Shown here: in pieces, positions 25,471-29,643 of the stretch | Numbering within the stretch: position 1 is the first letter of the stretch | Layout of the letters: the number at the start of each line of letters is the position of its first letter | From: a candidate division WOR-3 bacterium | GTDB lineage: Bacteria > Hydrothermota > Hydrothermia > JBDRYB01 | Length of the DNA stretch: 29,643 nucleotides | Assembly: GCA_049969615.1 (NCBI GenBank) | Contig: JBMFOM010000012.1 | Span: forward strand, 1 to 29,643 | Reading direction: 5' to 3' | Position numbers and translations under genes: made by a program | The notes under the pieces: generated by a model | The model's input: only the letters and a program-made list of their open reading frames with translations | Told to the model about the DNA's origin: nothing | Databases searched by the model: none

Positions 25471-26232
25471 TCAGAACTCCCCAATGATTATCTTGCCCTC
25501 AAGCTCCTCCGGAGACATCTCCGCGGCGCGCTTTATGTTCACGGAGACCTCCCTGTACCATCTCAGGATGTCAGCGGCTGAGCCCTCAAGGTTATGCCTA
25601 CCATAGTGAATCGGGCAGTTGCTTATGGCGTGAACAAAACCCATTCCCCCTACGGATATCGCTTTCTTGATAGCATTGACCAGGTGTCTGTAGTGATATG
25701 TCGTGAACCTGGCAACATAGGCCGCGCCCGCGGCCTTCACCAGTCGGGCAACATCAAAACATGGCCACGGGTTGCCCTTTGGGGTTGTTGATGTTATAGC
25801 GCCTTCGGGTGTTGTCGGCGAGACCTGACCACCTGTCATGGAGTAATTCATGTTGTCGGCCATGATTATGGCCATGTTCAGGTTTCTCCGCGCCGCGTGA
25901 ATGAGATGATTGCCACCTATGGAAGCGATGTCGCCGTCACCGCCTATGGCTATAACAGTCAGATCGGGCCTCGTGAGCGCCAAGCCTGTCGCGAAGGCAA
26001 CTGGCCTGCCGTGGGTTGTGTGCAGGGTGTCCGAGTTTATCATTGGGGAGGATATCCATCCGGAACAGCCGATTCCGGAGACAAAAACGGTTTTCTTTCT
26101 GTCAAGGCCAAGCTCTGAGCACGCGGTTATTATTGCCCTGAGGACTATTCCGTGTCCGCAACCCGGACAAAACGGTGTCGGAAGTGCCTCTGCTCTTATC
26201 CATTCCCGGACAACCGGATCGTTCACCTGCAT
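25471..26232 (-). CDS. 2-oxoacid:ferredoxin oxidoreductase beta subunit (TPP-binding)
   Basis: FCPGCGHG, VSGIGCS, HTTHGR, GGDGD, NYSMTGGQ; start at 26232 favoured because TTGAAC-N18-GATAAT lies 6 nt upstream. Confidence 0.9.
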   Translation of the reverse strand: MQVNDPVVREWIRAEALPTPFCPGCGHGIVLRAIITACSELGLDRKKTVFVSGIGCSGWISSPMINSDTLHTTHGRPVAFATGLALTRPDLTVIAIGGDGDIASIGGNHLIHAARRNLNMAIIMADNMNYSMTGGQVSPTTPEGAITSTTPKGNPWPCFDVARLVKAAGAAYVARFTTYHYRHLVNAIKKAISVGGMGFVHAISNCPIHYGRHNLEGSAADILRWYREVSVNIKRAAEMSPEELEGKIIIGEF

Positions 26233-26323
26233 ATAGAGATTATCCGGCCCCGGTTCGTTTCGGTTCAAGACGCGCGATAGGTCGTTGTGTCCCATGGCGC
26301 AGGGGTTATTTTTGCAACAGGGG

Positions 26324-26371
26324 TTGATCCGCCGCGGCCATTTGTGTTATAATTTTCAAACTTTGTAACAC
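26324..26371 (+). promoter_or_regulatory. Promoter (TTGATC-N18-TATAAT) overlapped by a NikR-type operator GTGTTAT-N14-GTAACAC
   Basis: Palindrome at 26344-26371 covers the -10 at 26348-26353, upstream of the ECF metal transporter. Confidence 0.7.
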
Positions 26372-26392
26372 CAAAAGAAAAGGAGCGAGCTG

Positions 26393-26980
26393 ATGATAAC
26401 GCTACTCTCATTGGCAATTCTTGGCACGAGGCCTCTCTATACTGACGATCCCTGGCCGGTTGATGCTGGAGTCTTTGAGCTAGAAGGAGGTCAGGGTTTC
26501 TTCGGTGGCAGAGAGGGCTATTTCCAGTGGAAATACGGCTGGGGCAGGTTTGAGCTAGACATGGGTTTCCCTTGGAGCGTGAGCGAACCACGCGAGCTGG
26601 GCGATATTGGTTTTTCAACCAAATGGGGCTTCCTGTCCGAGAAAAATTATGTTCCGGACATAGGGCTGATAGCCTCTTGGGTGCCCGCAGACGGTTCCTA
26701 TAGCCTCTGTGGAATCCTCGCGAAAGAGCTCGGCCCCACCGAACTCATGGCGAACCTGATCTATGAATACGGAAACCCGAAGCTGTCATTTGGGACCGCG
26801 GGGGTATATTATCCCCACGAGAGGCTGGGGCTTTGTGCAGAGGTTTTCTCCCAGGAGGAGATGTTTCTTGGTGGCGGCCTCAGGATTTTCCCGGTGAGCA
26901 ACCTGCTTCTTGATCTCAGTTATCACTGGGCGCGTGAGGCCGGCCAAGACCTGAGCGCTGGTTTCACCTTTGACTTCTAA
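26393..26980 (+). CDS. Putative outer-membrane beta-barrel / transporter-family protein
   Basis: Signal-like N-terminus, RPLYTDDP...GVFELE motif, alternating hydrophobic strands, C-terminal Phe (FTFDF). Confidence 0.6.
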   Translation: MITLLSLAILGTRPLYTDDPWPVDAGVFELEGGQGFFGGREGYFQWKYGWGRFELDMGFPWSVSEPRELGDIGFSTKWGFLSEKNYVPDIGLIASWVPADGSYSLCGILAKELGPTELMANLIYEYGNPKLSFGTAGVYYPHERLGLCAEVFSQEEMFLGGGLRIFPVSNLLLDLSYHWAREAGQDLSAGFTFDF

Positions 26981-26990
26981 GGAGGATAAA

Positions 26991-27671
26991 ATGCACATAC
27001 CTGACGGATACCTGAGCCCCTCAACATGCGCTGTTCTCGCTGGGGGGTCAATCCCCTTCCTCGTAAGGGCCTTTGTCTGGATCAGAAAGAGACTCGCGTC
27101 AAAGACCGTCCCCATACTCGCGCTGACCACGGCCCTCAGCTTCGTGATCCAGATGTTCAATATTCCATTGCCGGGAGGCACAACCGGCCACGCGGTAGGA
27201 GGGACACTGATAGCCGCTCTCGTTGGGCCATGGCCCACAGTGATGGCGGTTTCCATTGTTCTCATAATACAGGCACTGATCTTCGGAGATGGCGGAATCC
27301 TTGCCCTGGGTGCAAACATCATTAACATGGCGGTAATTTTGCCCCTCTCGGGCTACTGGCTTTACAGGCTCATGGCCGGAGGATCCGGAATTGCTTCCCC
27401 AAGGAGGGTCATCTCGGCCGCCATTGCCTCATATATAGCCATAAACCTGGCCGCCCTTGCCGCGGCCGTAGAGTTCGGGATTCAACCAGCTCTTTTCAAG
27501 GATGCGACAGGCGCGCCATTATACTGTCCATATGGCCTTGGCGTGGCCATACCAGCAATGATGATCGGCCATCTCGCCATAGCTGGCCTGGCCGAGGCGC
27601 TCATAACCGGAGTCGTGTTCTGGTTTGTGGCGAAGAACTTTCCCGAAAGGATACGGAGGGACGAGAAATGA
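26991..27671 (+). CDS. Ni/Co ECF transporter substrate-binding component (NikM/CbiM)
   Basis: N-terminal MHIPDGYL, GGTTGHAVGG, QALIFGDGG; AAGGAGG SD. Confidence 0.92.
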   Translation: MHIPDGYLSPSTCAVLAGGSIPFLVRAFVWIRKRLASKTVPILALTTALSFVIQMFNIPLPGGTTGHAVGGTLIAALVGPWPTVMAVSIVLIIQALIFGDGGILALGANIINMAVILPLSGYWLYRLMAGGSGIASPRRVISAAIASYIAINLAALAAAVEFGIQPALFKDATGAPLYCPYGLGVAIPAMMIGHLAIAGLAEALITGVVFWFVAKNFPERIRRDEK

Positions 27672-27979
27672 AAAAGCTCTGGATAGCGCTCGGAATCCTT
27701 GCAGTGCTTGCCCCAATAGGGATGCTCGCGCCGGGTACTGCCTGGGGAGAGTGGGGAATAGAGGAACTTGAGGAAATGGGCATATCGGTTCCCGCTGGGC
27801 TACAAAGGTTATCGGATATTCATCCCTGTGTGCTCATCCCGGATTATTCCTTGCCCAATCTCGGCGAAAACTTCTGGGTTCAGGCTCTTGTTTATATCCT
27901 GTCTGGGTTCATAGGCATCGGGATATGCGCTGGTTTGGTTTGGCTGATCGCGTTCAGAAAAAAGGAGGCGGGCGCTTAG
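27668..27979 (+). CDS. NikN / PDGLE-domain auxiliary component
   Basis: APGTAWGEWG...PDYSLP, two TM segments. Confidence 0.8.
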   Translation: MKKLWIALGILAVLAPIGMLAPGTAWGEWGIEELEEMGISVPAGLQRLSDIHPCVLIPDYSLPNLGENFWVQALVYILSGFIGIGICAGLVWLIAFRKKEAGA

Positions 27980-27980
27980 A

Positions 27981-28745
27981 TTGAGCTTCGCTAGAAAAAA
28001 CCTGAAGATCATAGGTCGCCTGGCCTTCCCTGGACCCATAAACCGGGGAGGGCCTTCTCCTTTCTTCAAGATTCTCATGGTTTTGACCGGAGTTTTGGTC
28101 TCCACCCTAGTCCACGACAGGTTGGCCCTGGCGCTCCTTTTGCTCATGGCGCTAGCCTTTGCCCTAGCCTGGAAAGCCAGGCCATCATCGCTTCTAAAAC
28201 GTCTCGGCCCTTTGATCCTCTTTTTCGCCGTGATCTTGCCTCTGCCGGCAATTTTTATCCCTGTGGGTTCACACGAGCCAGTGCGCCTCTGGATTCTTCC
28301 CATTTACGCCAACGGACTTTCGGCCGCTATTACGCTCTGTCTCAGAACATCGTCGGCAATATGCTGGGCCGGGGCCGGATTCCTGACCGAGGAACCCCAC
28401 AAACTGCTTTCAGCCCTGCCACTGCCCTCAGTGCTAGCCGACATAATCCTGGGTGCCCACAGATACATTTCGCTCCTGGCGCGGGAGGCCTGGGAAATGT
28501 TTCTGGGAAAACTGGCCAGGGATCCCGTAGGTGGTTTTCGGAGCAACCTTTTGTTTATGGGATCAAGGGTGGGATTACTTTTCGTGCGCTCGGCCGATAC
28601 GGGTGAAAAGGTATATCTAGCGATGAGAGCCAGGGGTTATCCGGGAACCCCGCACAGGACAATAATAAGATCCCCCCCAATCAGAGATATTGCTTGGATT
28701 GCTGGTTTCGTCATGGCAATTTCCCTTATCATCTGGGTTGCCTGA
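27981..28745 (+). CDS. ECF transporter T component (NikQ/CbiQ)
   Basis: TM helices, RYISLL, VYLAMRARGY. Confidence 0.85.
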   Translation: MSFARKNLKIIGRLAFPGPINRGGPSPFFKILMVLTGVLVSTLVHDRLALALLLLMALAFALAWKARPSSLLKRLGPLILFFAVILPLPAIFIPVGSHEPVRLWILPIYANGLSAAITLCLRTSSAICWAGAGFLTEEPHKLLSALPLPSVLADIILGAHRYISLLAREAWEMFLGKLARDPVGGFRSNLLFMGSRVGLLFVRSADTGEKVYLAMRARGYPGTPHRTIIRSPPIRDIAWIAGFVMAISLIIWVA

Positions 28746-28748
28746 GAC

Positions 28749-29414
28749 ATGGAGGTTTTTCGCCTTACTGGCATATCCTTTTCCTATCTGAACGGAATTG
28801 AGCCAATTAGGGATTTCTCCCTTGTGGTTGGCAAGGGAGAGTTCCTTATGGTTTCCGGCGAGAACGGCTCCGGGAAAACAACCCTGCTATGGATCATGGC
28901 CGGGCTTCTTTTTCCCCAGAAGGGAAAGGTTTTCTTTGAGGGAAAACCCCTGACGGAGAAGACCGCTGAAGACAGAAAGTTCTCTCTCTGGTTCAGGCGT
29001 AGGGTTGGCCTGCTTTTTCAGGAACCGGATGTTCAGTTGTTTTCTCCGACCGTTGGAGAGGACATAGCGTTCGGGCCAAGAAACCTTGGGCTGGAGGATG
29101 TGTCTCTGAGAGTTGCGAGGGCCGCGGCTCTTATGGGCCTTGAAAGACTGCTGGGAAGGCCACCCCATACCCTGAGCTGGGGCCAGAAGAAAAGGGCCGC
29201 CATAGCAACTGTTCTGGCCGGGAACCACGATATCCTTCTTCTAGATGAACCAGCGGCCGGATTGGATTCTCGCTGGCGGGATAGGTTGATGGCTGTCTTG
29301 AGTGATCTGATCGCCAGCGGGAAAACCATTGTTGTCGTCGCGCACGATGATCCAGAGATGAGGGCCATGGCCGCCAAGGTTGTGGTTATGCCCGGGCCAG
29401 ACGAATCAGTTTGA
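28749..29414 (+). CDS. ECF transporter ATPase (NikO/CbiO)
   Basis: GENGSGKT, LFQEPDVQLFSPTV, LSWGQKKR, LLLDEP. Confidence 0.92.
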   Translation: MEVFRLTGISFSYLNGIEPIRDFSLVVGKGEFLMVSGENGSGKTTLLWIMAGLLFPQKGKVFFEGKPLTEKTAEDRKFSLWFRRRVGLLFQEPDVQLFSPTVGEDIAFGPRNLGLEDVSLRVARAAALMGLERLLGRPPHTLSWGQKKRAAIATVLAGNHDILLLDEPAAGLDSRWRDRLMAVLSDLIASGKTIVVVAHDDPEMRAMAAKVVVMPGPDESV

Positions 29415-29466
29415 TCGCACTGAGTTTCCAAAATTCCGAATAAAGGTTGTTTAGTCGCCCCTTGGG

Positions 29467-29520
29467 GCCTGGCCGCCACAAAATCCGGTCTCAGAGGATT
29501 AGAGCCATTATCCCGGATCA
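29467..29520 (+). repeat. Divergent repeat family 2 fragment adjoining the IS110 end
   Basis: cctggccgccacaaaatccgg...attatcccggatc resembles cctggcctgccgcaaatctgg (20691 copy) and attgcccggatc (10086). Confidence 0.45.
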
Positions 29521-29643
29521 ACCCTCCAATATTTTATTCATAATAGACCCCCGTAGTGAGGACTGTGAAGACGAGGTCAACCAGTTTCCTGGCGAGGGCC
29601 GCCTTGGCTTCAAGGGGGCTTTTGCCTTCAGCGAGTTTTCGTC
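29521..29643 (-). mobile_element. IS110-family element, right end (truncated by the window)
   Basis: 13-bp non-coding end followed by the CA core at 29519-29520; end shared with the 12443 mini-element. Confidence 0.8.
29534..29641 (-). CDS. IS110-family transposase, C-terminal 35 aa (partial; not in the ORF track)
   Basis: RKLAEGKSPLEAKAALARKLVDLVFTVLTTGVYYE* matches the IS110/IS116 C-terminal GK...ALARKL...Y pattern. Confidence 0.8.
   Translation of the reverse strand, partial: RKLAEGKSPLEAKAALARKLVDLVFTVLTTGVYYE

Noticed and set aside
25405-25475. CTGATGAG...GAAA (minus) as a hammerhead ribozyme
   Set aside because: No stem II can be formed between CTGATGA and GAAA; the motif is explained by the stop/start overlap.
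26300-26990. Cobalamin riboswitch upstream of the ECF operon
   Set aside because: The leader is only about 35 nt and has no B12-box; a NikR-like palindrome is present instead.

Overview
Bacterial chromosome segment, mostly housekeeping and metabolic genes. In order: creatininase-family gene, DegT aminotransferase, MacB-type permease, Hsp20, GH3 plus GHL10 glycosidases, HerA-like ATPase plus BtrH-like protein, pdxT, DegP, a secreted metallophosphoesterase, rubrerythrin, flavin reductase-rubredoxin, truncated cysK, acyl-CoA dehydrogenase, tRNA-Thr/tRNA-Tyr-rpsF-ssb-rpsR-rplI-DUF151-plsY, a WecA-like transferase, gatA, 2-oxoacid:ferredoxin oxidoreductase beta and gamma subunits split by four PrcB-like genes, and a Ni/Co ECF transporter with a NikR-type operator. 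The intergenic DNA holds three repeat families: a MITE, a promoter-carrying repeat and REP-like hairpins. The main finding is a 165-bp transposase-less IS110-like element inserted at a duplicated CA core in the terminal inverted repeat of one MITE copy (12443-12607). It contains an internal 11-nt copy of its own target flank inside a bridge-RNA-like fold and would form a promoter on circularisation. It shares its right end with an IS110 transposase whose 3' end lies at the window edge (29521-29643). All family assignments come from motif recognition by eye; no searches were run.
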